DNA of 64,000 bases, from assembly GCA_013265495.1 (NCBI GenBank), contig MU058384.1, positions 1,613,690 through 1,677,689 of the forward strand, given 5' to 3'. Below the pieces are notes generated by a model. That model ran no database searches. It saw only the letters and a list, made by a program, of their open reading frames with translations, and was not told the DNA's origin. Every line of letters starts with the position of its first letter. Position 1 is the first letter of the stretch. This DNA is from Vicugna vicugna. Taxonomy: Eukaryota. The translations under genes and the position numbers were made by a program. This document shows positions 24,075 to 36,921 of this stretch, in pieces.

Positions 24075-26783
24075 GATAGATAACTTCCTAGAAACATACA
24101 ACCTACCAAGACTGAGTCATGATGAAACAGAAAATCCAAACAGACTGATTACTTGTAAGAAGATCGAATCAATAGTCAAAAACCTCCCAATAAACAAACA
24201 TCCGGGAGGAGGTTGCTTTATTGGTGAATTCTACCAAACACTTAGTGAAGAATTAATATCAATCCTTCTTAAACTCTGTCAAAAATAGAAGAGGAGGCAC
24301 CTCTTCCAAACTTATTTTATGAGGCCATTATTACCCTAATACCAAAACCAGACAAAGATGCCACAAGAAAATTATAGACCAATATCCTTGAGGAATACAT
24401 ATGCAAAAATCCTCAACAAAATATAAGCAAACCAGATTCAACAATACATAAAAAGGATCATACAACCTGATCAAGTGGGGTTTATTCCAGGGATTCAACG
24501 ATTCTTCAACATCCTCAAATCAGTCAATGTGATACATTACTTTAACAAAATGAAGATAAAAATCATGTGATCATCTCAACAGATGCAGCAAAAACATTGA
24601 CAAAATTTAATATGCAATTATGACAAAAACTCAACAAAGTGGTTATAGAGGGAACACACCTCAAAACAATAAAGGCCATATATGACAAGCCCAAATCTAA
24701 CATTATACTCAATGGTAAAAAGTTGAAAGATTTTCCTCTAAGATCAGAAACAAAACAAGGGTGCTTTTACCATTTTTATTCAATATATTATTGGAAGTCC
24801 AAGCCAGAGAAATTAGGCAAGGAAAAGAAATAAAAAGTATCCAAATCAGGAAGGAAGAAGTAAAACTGTTACTATTTGAAGATGACTCCACTGAGACTGC
24901 TTGAACTGATAAACAAATTCAATAAAGTTGCATGATATAAAGACAATACTCAAAAATCTGTTGTATTTCTATACTCTAATTTTGAACTATCAGAAAGAGA
25001 AATTATGAAACATATGAAAACATTCCCATTTACAATTACATCAAAAAGAATAAAATACCTAGGAATAAATTTAACCACGGAGATGAAAGACCTATATGTT
25101 GAAAACTATAAGACATTAATGAAAGAAATGGAAGAAGCTACACATGAATGGAAAGATATTCCATACTCATGGATTGTTAAAATCTCCACAGTACCCAAAA
25201 CAATCTACAGATTCAATGCAATCTCTATGAAAATTCCAATGGCATTTTACACAGAAATGGAACAAACAGTCCTAAAATGTGTATAGAACCATAAAAGACC
25301 CCGACTAGCCAAAGCAATCTTGAGAAAGAAGAACAAAGTTGGAGGCATCATGCTCCCTGATTTCAAATTACATTGCAAAGCTATAGTAATTAAAATGTGT
25401 GGTATCTGCATAAAAAGACACATAGGTCAATGGAACAGAATAAAGAGCCCAGGAATAAACTGACACATATACGGCCACTTAGTTTAGGATAAAAGAGCCA
25501 ACAATATACAATGGGGAAAGGACAGTCTCTTCAATAATTTGTTCTGGAAATATGGAACAGCCACATGCAAAAGAATGAAATTGGATGATTATCTTACACT
25601 AATAACTTGAAAATGGCTTAAAGACTTAACTGAAAAATCTGCAACCATAAAACTCTTAGAAGAAATCATAGGCAAAAAGCTCCTTGACATAGGTCTTGGC
25701 AATTATTTTTTGAATTTGACATGAATAGCAAAAACAACAAAAACAAAATTTTAAAGTGGGACCATATCAAGCTAAAAGCTTCTGCACAGCAAAGGAAAGC
25801 ATCAGTAGAATAAAAAAGCAACCCAAAGAATGGGAGAAAATATTTGTAAATCATATATTTGATAAGAGACTACTATCCAAAGTATATATAAAGAACTCAT
25901 GCAACGCAATAGCAAAAAATTCCAGAATAAACTAACTTAAAAAATGTGCAGGAGATCTGATAGACATTTTTCCAAAGAAGACACACAGATGGACAACATG
26001 AAAAGATGCTCTATGTCATTAATCATCAGGAAATGTAAATCAGAATCACCTCATACCTGTTAGAATGGCTATTACCAAAAAGACTAGAAATAAGTGTTGG
26101 TGAGGATGTGGAGTAAAGGGAACACTTGTGCACTGTTGGCAGGAATGTAAATTGGTGCAGCCACCATGGAAAACAGTATGGAGTTTTATGGAATTTCCTC
26201 AAAAAATTAAAAAATAGAACTATCATATGATCCAGCAGTTCCATTGCTGGGTATTTACTTGAAGAAAATTAAAACACTAATTTGAATGGTGTGCAGCCCC
26301 ATGTTCACTGCAGTATTATTTATAATAGTCAAGATAGGGAAACAACCTAAGTGTCCATCAGTGGATGAATGAAGAAATTGTGAGAGAGAGATATGTGTGT
26401 GTGTGTGTGTGTGTGTGTATAAAAATGGAACATATATGTATGTATATATATAAATGGAATATATATACAAACAGAATATATGTATATATAGATGGAATCT
26501 TATTCAGTCATATGAAAGACTAAATCTTGCCATTTGTGACAAAGACAAAAACTTCAAGGGCATTATACTAAGTGAAATAAGTCAGAGAGAGAAAGATAAA
26601 CTCCTTCTGATCTCTTATACATGGAATCTAAAAAACCAAACAAACAACAACAACAACAAAATGAAGTTCATAGATACAAAGAACAGACAGATTGGTGGCT
26701 GCCAGAGGTAGGGAATTAGGGGGAGGGGGGAAGGATTAATTGTTTTGGGTCCTTTTTTGTTTAAATAAGTTAAATTATTTTTT
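24075..26783 (+). mobile_element. 5'-truncated L1, about 2.7 kb (degenerate RT domain to 3' UTR)
   Basis: ORFs 24639-24833 ([29 protein letters not shown]) and 25005-25286 (IKYLGINLT...WKDIPYSW) are L1 ORF2; RT motif reads FEDD at 24875-24886; many stops and frameshifts. Confidence 0.95.
26382..26497 (+). repeat. Compound (GA)n/(TG)12/(TA)n microsatellite inside L1
   Basis: Direct reading of the sequence. Confidence 0.9.
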
Positions 26784-27389
26784 TTAATCCTCACAACAAT
26801 GCTCATTCCATGGAGAACTACTCAATTGTCAGAATTATTTTTTATGTTGAGCCAAAATCTGACTTTCTGATACTTACACCTTTGTACTTTTTGTCTTGTT
26901 ATGCACCAACACCTGTTGGCCCTAGACCAACCAACACAGAACAAATATTAACTTTTTCTCTTCCACGTGATAATTTTAAAGCTTTGAAACACATCAGAGT
27001 CTCTATTCATTTCCTCATTCCCTTCAGCTCTCAAACGTAGCCCATGGTCTCTGCAATAGTTTCCTGCCTTTAGGTACTCTCTGCTTCGTCTGAGATTTTC
27101 ATAAATACTAGACCCAGGAAATATGGGTCCCATGTATGTTTTGAAAAGTTATATGTTAAGTGGGAATATTGCTTATCATGATATAGACATGTTTCTATTA
27201 ATCTAGGCCAAGATTAAATTAGTATTATTAGTGATCATACCAAAATGTTGGCTTATATTAAGCATTCAACTAAAACATACTTTTTCCTCCAGCGTTAGAC
27301 TTCACATTCATCACCTTTATATTTCATCATAATGATTTTGATCTGGCATTTGCATGTCTTGATATTATTTCTAATCATGACTCCATATC

Positions 27390-27635
27390 TGTTGCAGTGT
27401 GACAGAAAACAGAAGTCCCCAGATTATTCACCATATGACTCTGAGTCATTTGATTTCCTTGAACCTCAGTTCTGCTCACTGTAAAAAAAGGGGGGGAAGG
27501 GAGGCAAGAGGGAGAATTTGGGAGTTAGTAATAAGTCTTCTTCATAGAGTTGAGAAAGAAGCAAATGTGACAAGCTAAGAGAAAGTATTATGTAAAATGA
27601 GACACATCATGGAAATACTAGTTAATAGCAGTGAT
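27390..27635 (+). mobile_element. MIR SINE inserted in L3
   Basis: ttccttgaacctcagttctgctcactgtaaaa...taataagtcttcttcatagagttg...gaaagtattatgtaaa. Confidence 0.6.
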
Positions 27636-27653
27636 AAGATTGGTTTTTTTCTT

Positions 27654-28033
27654 GACAAATACTGTAAGATATCACTTACTCATGAAGTCTAAAAAAATAG
27701 AATAAACTGGTGAATATAACAGAAAAGAAACAGACTCACAGTTGTAGAGAAGGAACTAGTGGTTACCAGTGGAGAGAGGGAAAGGGGAGGAGCAAGATGG
27801 AGGTGGAGGATTAAGAGGTACAAACTATCAGGTATAAAATAAACTAAAAGGATGTATTGTACAGCAAGGGGAATATGGCCAATATTTTGTAGTAACTATA
27901 AATGGAGTATAACCTTTAAAAATTATGAATTACTATATTGTATACCTGTAACACATAATATTGTACATCAACTATACTTCAATTTAAAAAATATGATATT
28001 GTAAAATAAATACATGAATTAATTTAAAAAAAA
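27654..28033 (+). mobile_element. Short 5'-truncated artiodactyl-type L1 3' UTR with poly(A) and TSD
   Basis: ctagtggttaccagtgg...gaggtacaaactatcaggtataaaataa...ttgtacatcaactatacttcaatt; exact 13 bp flanking repeat aagattggttttt at 27636-27648 and 28034-28046. Confidence 0.95.
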
Positions 28034-28274
28034 AAGATTGGTTTTTCTTCTTGATTTTGTCCACTGAAGGGATAAGCATGTTTTCTATGTCTTTATCCAG
28101 GTCATTGATTCAAATGTTAAGCAGACTAAGACCAAAATACTAATCAACAAGCTTTAGATTTGTTTTCAACCTTTTGAGCATCTGCGTAAAAAATATTGTG
28201 ACCCAACCTGCATATCTTTCCTTAGCTCACCTTCGTCTCAAAGATCTCATGAACCTGGCTGTGTGTCAACACAA

Positions 28275-28515
28275 AATGGTGTCGTAGTTACCACCAACAG
28301 CTTTGAGTCACAAATCTGGCTTCGACTCCAGCTCAGTCACTCATTAACAATGTGACTTTAAGTAAATTACTTGCTCTCACTGCACTTCTGTCTTTATCTG
28401 AAACGAGGGAGTTAACAAGGTTCCTATGTACGAGGACTATTGTGGGACTAAATGAAAGAAGGTGAATAGGGCCTGGCGTACAGTAAGCGTTCAACAAGTG
28501 GTTGCTATTTTTATG
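28275..28515 (+). mobile_element. Near full-length MIR inserted in L3
   Basis: tgtgactttaagtaaattactt...gcctggcgtacagtaagcgttcaacaagtggttgctatt. Confidence 0.75.
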
Positions 28516-29009
28516 ATATCAATGTGAAAATTAAATTTTCCTAGTCAATCCTCTGATCTTACAGTAGCTCTGTTTCCAAAGCAAGGAAATAAGTTAAGCA
28601 AGCATAACATGGCATTCCTTATAAACCTATGTTCACTCCTAGGAACCACTGCATTCCTTTGTTAATACTCACAAACCATTCACTTGAAAATTCATTCTTG
28701 ACTTTTTCTGGGATTACCTTTGAAAATAGTTGACCTCTTTATGGATTGTGGAATCTCTCCATTTTTGTGAAAACTAGACTGAAATTTCCCTTATTCTTTC
28801 ATCTTTAGATTCTATGATACCTCAGTTATTACTAAAATTAATGTTCAGTTCATACTCACTCATTCAAAAAAATATTTTGAGCATCTGCTATTTTTCCCAC
28901 ACCCCAGCTTTCTCAGTAGGCTGGCATAAATTGCATCTAGTGCTCACCTAAAATTTAGTAAAGTGACCACACTTTGCCTTACTGTCCACTTATTTACATA
29001 GAGCTGCTG

Positions 29010-29150
29010 TCAGCTTGCTCTTTGCATTGTCTGTGAGTGTGGACAAGTCATTTAACGCTGAGTCACAGTTTCCTCCTCAGTGAAGCAGGATAATAATAAC
29101 TACTGTGACTGCCTCCCAGGGTGAAAATACAATGAGACAAGATGTAAAAA
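29010..29150 (+). mobile_element. MIR core fragment inserted in L3
   Basis: ggacaagtcatttaacgctgagtcacagtttcctcctcagtgaagcaggataataata. Confidence 0.6.
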
Positions 29151-31212
29151 AAATTAATTAATTAATTAAATTTTTTTTAATCCCAAGAAAACAAGGAACT
29201 TGAAAAAATAAACAACTCATAGTATTATTTGTTCTTATCTTTCCAGCCTGCAGACCACTTTCCTTGCTGCAGAATCTGAAAGCAAAATATAAATTTAATA
29301 GTTTTGTTATCTGTTATCATTACACCATCTGCCCCAGGCAGCTTGGTGATCACTTCCTTGTTTTTTCTAGTTTCAAACACAGATGAAAATGTCCTTTTGT
29401 GGTCTTTAACATTTTTAACAAGCCTAAACATTATCCTCTATTTGTTATTTATCCTTCTATGGTATTCTATATTAATATACAAATACCTAAGATCCAGCAA
29501 AACCGAAAAAAAGAGACCAAGAATGAAAAGGAAGAGACAGATGGGTAAGAAAACCTTGACTATATATAATCTGTGCAATAGAACATGTGCATAGCTTTAC
29601 TTTTTGAAAACAGAGCTAAAAAACAGTACCAGGGTGGGTCATATAAGAGGAGTTACAGTGCATTTTCTGCTTAATAACAGGAAGCATAACACGGGAGACA
29701 CTCCTGTCATCCCTCTAACCCTCAGAGGGATCACATTTTACATTAAGAACACAAAATGATCTAATGGAAACTGCCTTCAACAGCAGTTTTACACAGGAGG
29801 AAATACGTTCTTCAAATGGTCACTTTTATATACAATCCTTAATAAAAGATGAAGGCGTGGTGTCACACTGTCGTTCTGTGAGGGTACTTGGAGGAAACAG
29901 AAGGGAGTACTGTACATGCACAAGTGTTCTTACAACCTGGATTGATACCAGGCTGAAATTTCTCAAATGAAGATTAATGAATTATGACTGTGCCCATTAA
30001 GTTATCTCCCTCATTTGCGTTTCAGTCAGACTTTGAGAAGTGGCGAGGCTCTGATACATAGAGGTTGAGACTATTATGCTGGAGATCGAGAATATAGTTT
30101 TTCTGTCTTATTGATGGAAATGGAGAGCGCCATGCTTTTAGGTGACTGGTATGTAAGTAGCAATGATCTATTTCAAAAATTAAGATCTTCTTACCTAAAA
30201 GGAAGGCCTCCCCATCATCTTCAAGGAGGTAGACTGTCAAGCCAAACTTTTCTCTCAGAAAACAGTTTGGAAGTTTGTGAAAACTTTGAACAACGACTTA
30301 AAACCCCAAGGTTTTATGTTAATAGAGCAGGATTTGGCAAACTATGGTATATAGTTAATCATCCTGTACAGTTAGTGAGCCAACAGTTTTACAGACATAA
30401 GTTTTATAGCTAGTTTATATTAGACAATGAATCAGGAAGTTATGTTCCTCAAAAACATAAATCTCATTGATCCTTTATTTTTTTTCTTTCATCCAGGCTC
30501 AAATGACGATTGTTACACTCAATTTCAAGATCTTCAGGGCCTTGATTCCCCATAGCCAGTGCTGTGGGCAGACTCCAGTTACATCCTAAGGGGGATGTTG
30601 TTAGGGACCTTGATTTAGACAAGGTTTGTATTAACAGCAAGAAAGGCTAGAGACACACTCGTGATCACACCTGGTGAGGAAAAAGACCTTACAGAACAGA
30701 ATGAGTCTAACCCATTCCTGGTTTCATTTCTTTTTCTGAGTCTCATTTTCCTGTTGTCCTACTTTCCTCACCACTTATTTTTCACTTTATTTTATCTCGT
30801 GTGGTATTAATGGGTAATCTACCTTAAGTCCTTTCTGGAACAAGGCAGGGTGTAAGTAAACAAGTAAAACTGAGCTGGCCTGTTGAATAGAGTTATTTAG
30901 TATTGTCCATCTGAATTCTGAAATAAAAAGACCTGCCAGAAACCACTATTTTGTTTGGGTGTGGTAGCTGCTGAGGTTTTCTTTCAAGCAGAAATTGCTC
31001 AGCAGTCTCAGGGGCTTTTTGTTGCTCCCACAGGCACATGACAGTGGGACCAAACATCAGAGGCAGGAGGATGCTCATCTTGCCGTCTGCTGCGGTGGGA
31101 GGGTGGGCAGCTCAGTGCTGCAGGAGCTGCAACAGACAGCTAGAGAACAGGGAGGGTCTTGCCAACACCATCTCTTCAGTCTTTCTTGAGAAAAGAGTAA
31201 GTGTTGGTAGTC

Positions 31213-31425
31213 AGCATTGGAATAGCGCTCAACAGTTTGCAAAGAAAGGCACACTTACATCGTTGTACTCAGTCCTCACAATAGCGTGAAAAATTTGGTT
31301 TATGATGCTCCGTTTTCAGCTGAGGGAACTGAGACTTTAAGAAGACAAGTAAAGTGAGTGGAAGAACCAGGATTCTCAGCTAGTACATGACATCACATCA
31401 TATGCTCTTTATTTCTCTGTGCTCT
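31213..31425 (-). mobile_element. MIR fragment
   Basis: gtcctcacaatagc...ctccgttttcagctgagggaactgagac. Confidence 0.55.
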
Positions 31426-31489
31426 TCCGATCCTTTCAATATATTCCTAATCATCTGTTCCAGGCATTATGAAGCCTGCAAGGCTGCTA

Positions 31490-32140
31490 TGTGAGAGGTC
31501 ATAGTAAAAGTCTTTAGAGTTAGCCTGAGGTTAAATATCAGATTTTTCCTTTTTTTTTTTTTTGCATTTTCTAGAGGTTGCCTTAGGTCACTGTATTGGG
31601 TTTCTAAGGTTGTTGTAACAAATTACCACAGACTGGGTGGCTTAGACCAATGGAAATTTATTCTCCCACAGTTCCAGTGGCCAGAAACTAAAATCAAGTG
31701 CCTGCAGGTTCCGAAGGCTCCAGGAAGAATCCATTCCTTGCTCCTTCCAGCTTCTAGGTACTCCAGGCACTCCTTGGCTTGTGTCCGCATCACTCTTACC
31801 TCTGCTTGCAAGGTCATGCTGCCTTCTCATCTTCTCTGTGTCTCTCTTATAAGGACATGTGTGATTGAATTTAGGATTCACTTTAGGTAATTCTCTCTTC
31901 CTCTCAAGAGCCTTAACTTAATGACATTTTGCCATAAATGGTAATTTCACAGGCTCGGGGGATTAGGATGTGGACGTATCTTTTGGAGGCCACCACGCAA
32001 CCCATTAAAGTCACTGAGCCTCATGCCTCCCTTCTATAAAAATTAGACTAATGTCATTTACCTGAAGAGTGAAGATTAAATAAGACAACCTGAATAAAAG
32101 TGTCCAACAGAAAACAGATGCTCAGTAAAAGGGTTTCACC
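31490..32140 (+). mobile_element. MIR split by an MLT1B LTR
   Basis: 5' part up to gccttaggtcac; resumes ctgagcctcatgcctcccttctataaaa...gattaaataagacaa...gatgctcagtaaa. Confidence 0.55.
31592..32009 (-). mobile_element. MLT1B-like MaLR solo LTR with perfect 5 bp TSD
   Basis: tgtattggg...acaaattaccacagactgggtggctta...ggggattaggatgtggacgtatc...caacccattaaa; GTCAC at 31587-31591 and 32010-32014. Confidence 0.9.
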
Positions 32141-35019
32141 CCTTTTTCTCATCAAGAGAGCTGTTAACATAATCACACTACTTTTTAGAGAACTTCCCTC
32201 ATTGGGCCCATTGGAATATTCCCAGATGTACACTAAAATTCCCTCAGTCTTTCATTCTCTCTTTAGATTTTTTTTTTCCTAGTAAGATATATTCCTTTTC
32301 AGGACAAAGAGTAGTACACTTTTTATATTTTATTTTATCGTGAACTAGGACAATGTTTCTTAAAGCATCTATAAATAAGGGATCAGTTTTAATTTTGAAA
32401 AATAGAAATGCGTGGGGATGAAAACTGCTGTAAAAGTTTCCAAATGCTTTCTTCAATCCTCTTCAAACCAATATCAATTTGTGGTACTACTAGGTCCAGG
32501 AACCTCATTTTGAGGAATACTGGGCAAGGGGACATAAGTGACTTTCTCAGTAGTCTGAACTCCCAGATTCTGGTTATTCTCTCTCTATTATTACCCCTCA
32601 GAATTTCCATACTGACATTTACTTCTCTTATATTCTTCCTCTTTTTTAGAGATTAAAAATGTCAACATTAAAAGTTAAGCATTTATCAAATACTTCAATT
32701 TTCTCAGTTAATTTTCCAAAAGACAATCAAATTCTCTCGTTACTGCAACAGGTTACTTCATTCCAAGATTTAACAGCAAAAACATGACGTCTATATTTTT
32801 CCTCTTCCTAAGTGGTCTGAAGTGTGTTCTCCTTGCAGTGTAGTTGGCTTATTTCTCCCATGTCTTTCTTGCTTTACCTGTGTTTCCATATAGATACATA
32901 ACTTAGTTATATATAGCACTATTCTGTTTTTCCTCTGCTAGATAAGTTTTTGAATAAAGTACATATTTTTCCTGATATTTTTAGTCTGAGTTTTATCTCA
33001 TCAGATCTTAGTGCTCTCAATAACACTGTATTTCCTCTTTTCCTTTAAAACTTTGAGCTATTTTGTCACCTCCTATTCTGTGTTGACATATATAGTTTTC
33101 TAAGGTCATACATATTATTCTTAGGAATCTTCTCTGTTATTTGTTGAATGAATGAATGATAATTACTAAGGACCACCTTTACCATATAGATTCTTTCTCT
33201 GTCATGCACTGTCCTTTTTACCTACTTGGTAGTCAGGCCTGGTTTTTCTCCTTCCTCTTCATCCATTCAATCTTGTTAAATACATTCTCCACTTTAATCC
33301 AGTGCCCTTTTTTATTTTCACTAGTACATCTTCCTGACATCCATGTCATGATCCAGAAGACAAATTCTTTCCTTTGGATGCCTTCTATGTAGCCCACTAT
33401 TACCCTTCTTTCTCCTCCAGAGTCATGGCCACAAATTGGAAGAAGAGCAGGAAAAAAAAAAACTCCCACCCAACCCCTAAACGTTTTTGCTTTCCCACCT
33501 TGTCCTAGAGGTGCACTGAAGACTCCTTATGACTGCAACATTTGTTCCCACAGGAACCATCAGAATAGTGGGGACTGTGAGTTTAGTGATCTTAGCCAGC
33601 TCTGTTATATCTAGAGGTCTGCTCCAAGAAGTTACAGCACACGCACCCACAACCTTGCCAGATTTATACAAGGCAACTTCCTCCCAACCAGCAGAGAGTT
33701 TATTGTCAAATTGTTACAACATGTAAGTTTTTCTTTGATTGAGATAACATAGTTCTATCATTTTTTTGAATGCTTAGAATCTCTTGGAGGCTGGGATGAG
33801 GCGTCTCCACACAGCCTTAAATAATATTCCTCTGGCTCAGCTGTGTCATGGTCCTCCCAGCTACTCCCTGTGACAACCTTGGAATCACTTTACAATCCCA
33901 AACAACTTCCTCCCCAATGTCTAACCTTCTTTAAAAAAAAAAAAAAACTATCTCCTCCTGCTCTATATCCTATGATTTGTTCCTCTCCAAGGTGGGCTCT
34001 CCCTGGGTATATGACAGAGTACAGGGTGATTCTCCCACCTGCCCCCTTTCATGGTACCTCCCAGAACAAGCACACAGGCCCTTCCATCTTAAGACAATAT
34101 CATTAATCACTGTGGAGAATTCGATGGAGATAAATGACAACAAATGTAAAAAATTTACCCAAAAAATCAAGATAGCTAAGAATTGTCCTAATTATTTTCT
34201 TGGCATATAATTACTGACTCCCTTTTTATCCAGTATACTCAGAAACCAGGGTGAAGTCATATGAATTTTTAGCATCTTCTATTCTTTGGTGTCTTCCATT
34301 GTAATATTTGTCCCTGGTGTGAGGCGACCCAGGTTGACCAATCTGATATTCCTCCGGGGGCTCTGTTTTGGAACAAAGATTAGGAATACCTAAAGATTCC
34401 TTCTCTGTACTCTAGAATATTTTACTCTGAATTTGCAGGCATGTCTTCATTCTTCCTGAGACAATCTTAGTCTTCCAACCTTGTACATCCTTCTTTTTCT
34501 CTCTTCTATCATCCCAGAGGGAAAAGGGCCTTTCTCGTTTGCTCTCTGAAGATTCGTCCCCCAGGAAGGTGCCTTTCCTTCCCTGGCTAGTGGTCCTGTT
34601 GCTCACTATTCTGAGGACTCTGTCCTGTACGGGGCCCGCAGCACACTCACCAGCCGGGTAACATGAGTTTTACTTACACTCAGTGCTTGCATCTTCACCT
34701 ATTTTTCTCAGATACTATCTGGGCGCAGTTTCTCTGACCTTGGCTTTTGTGGCTCCCAGCATCTTAGTCTTCAATCTTGTGTGATATTCCTTGCCTTGAG
34801 TATCCTCTTTGGCTAACTTCACCATATTCATGTTTCAGATTCAGTCAGTTTACAGTAAGAAAGATTCATATCGCTTCCCTGGTCAATATCTAGTCCTATT
34901 CGTGTTTCAGGTTGTTGGTTCCACTCATCCCCTGAATTCTCTGAGATGACTCACAATGGTGTCCCGTTCCCAGGGAAGTGATTATTTTAGAATGAAAACT
35001 CTATAAAATAAAATTAACT

Positions 35020-35200
35020 TCAGTCATTTAAAAATCACTTGTTGAGAAACTGTTCTGTGCCCAGCAACAAGCTTGATGCCAGGGATACAAAAATAAAGAA
35101 GATGCACGCCCTCGTGTAGTTCACAACCTAGTGGGGGTAGGTGGACTTCAAAACACAATTGGAAAGCAACTATGGCAATGCTCTAACATGAGGATGCAAA
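35020..35200 (-). mobile_element. L2 3' end fragment
   Basis: cttgttgagaaactgttctgtgcccagca...gggatacaaaaataaa...gccctcgtgtagttcacaacctagtgggg. Confidence 0.65.
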
Positions 35201-36921
35201 TTAAAAAGCAAAAACAAAAAAAATTATGAATATGCCTAAATTCTACCAATGGAAAAAGATAATTTTGTTCATGACATAGATTTCCCTTCTCCTTCCTCTT
35301 CTTATCTTTCCATCTGGCTTATCTTCTGTGTTAGTTCTCCCACACATCCTCTCACAGCAAGGAATATACAGAGGTGTTCCTTAAGCCCTTTCACCGCCAC
35401 CTTTTTGTGAGAAACAAGTTACAGTCCTCACCAATATTTTTGGCCAGCCCCTCAAGCACAAAAGAAACATATCCTCTACCTACCCTGCCACAGATTTCAA
35501 CAGTCCCTTTGCTTTCAGTATTTCTTTGCTCTCTAGATAAAACAATGGTGCTTCTGAACAGGCTGTGGAAGAAATCACCTTGTTAGTTTTTTTTATACCA
35601 TGGATCATGTTCTAAACTGGCAATGTCTTTCTGCTCTAGGGGACTACCCACAGTAAGTAAGGAGATAGGTAAATTGCTGCCACTCCGGGAAACTTCCTCA
35701 ACTCCAAAATCAAAAGTTTTGGCCTTCAAAGAAGCTTCTAATAAACAATAGACATGGAAACAGCTTTAGGAAAACTTCATCAGATTCCATCGGTACTACA
35801 GCCAATCAATGAACTACTTTTCCAAAAACTGGGTTGCATATTTACTCTGCACTGCCTAGGCTGTCAGTCTTCATAATCACTCTTCCTCCTATAGAAAATA
35901 TTTTTGACCAAGTTACCATGGTTAAAAGAATCATCTTGGCCTTCTTGTAAAGAGGTGGAGAGCCCAGCAGCACGAAAGAAAATGCTCCCCAGCCCCCTGT
36001 CCCCACCAGCCTCAATCTAAATGCCACAGTTTTTAGTAGAGTGACTTGGAAGATGACAGAGACAACACAACAGCAAGAGGACTCTTGGCTTTTTCCAGGT
36101 GCATACTCTGGTCAAGCACCCTTCAGCCCTCTACATTAGTCTTCTGTCTCCCTCCAAGATCAGCCTTACCGATGAACAGTCAATGAATGGGTGGTCACCT
36201 ATGTCCTAGACACTGAAGAGTGTTAAGAAATCTCTTCTGCTCTGAAGTTTCATCTTCCCTTGCCTGCCTTGATTCCTGAAATTCCACCACTATAGTCATT
36301 CTCACAAGTGATTCATTGATTAGATTTTTTCCAAGTGATAGCTCACCAGATCAGACCATGTTGAGGAGAAAGTGTAAAGAGTGTGAAAGTGCAGGGTGCC
36401 TGACGGAAGAGGAATTCTCATAATAGAGACAAAAGCTCTGAACAGGCAGCAGGTATCCCAGAAAATAAGTTTTCCCATTTTGCAACTGCACTTAGGAACA
36501 GAACCACCACCATCCTGCCAAGAACTTGCTCTGATTTTGTCAATTAAGATTGTTTTACTCAATGCCCTATGAAAGGACCCCCAAACTGAAAATCGCAGGA
36601 AAATTCAGGTTGATTCAGGCTGATTTTCTTATACTTGATACAACAGTGCTTGTGTGCCCTGATCTTCTCCTAACCCTGAACAGTCTGACACCGGCTGAAA
36701 TTCTGGACTGGCCTCTCTGAGCTGCCCATTTGATGGATGCAGGGAATACAGTGAGAAAGAAAGGAATCTCTGCTCATCCTCAAGATTCCTAAAGAGACCA
36801 GTTAGCCAAAGGCAATGGCCTCCTCTACCTCTGGTTGGCAAACCGCTGGAAGATTTAGTATTCTCTGTGAAAGATACCTGTCTAGATAGACAGTAATATC
36901 AAATAGCATTCTTATCTACCA

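Larger units (their letters stand above)
26810..29430 (-). mobile_element. L3/CR1 LINE relic in about five colinear pieces, interrupted by MIRs, an L1 and an L2-like tail
   Basis: Pieces at about 26810-27385, 28068-28255, 28530-28850, 28900-29000 and 29222-29430 follow antisense L3 order (gttgagccaaaatctg; ttctattaatctaggccaagatt; gataagcatgttttctatgtctttatccaggtcattgat; ctcacaaaccat; cattacaccatctgccccaggcagc). ORF 29225-29431 RLVKNVKDHKRTFSSVFETRKNKEVITKLPGADGVMITD resembles CR1 ORF2. Confidence 0.8.
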
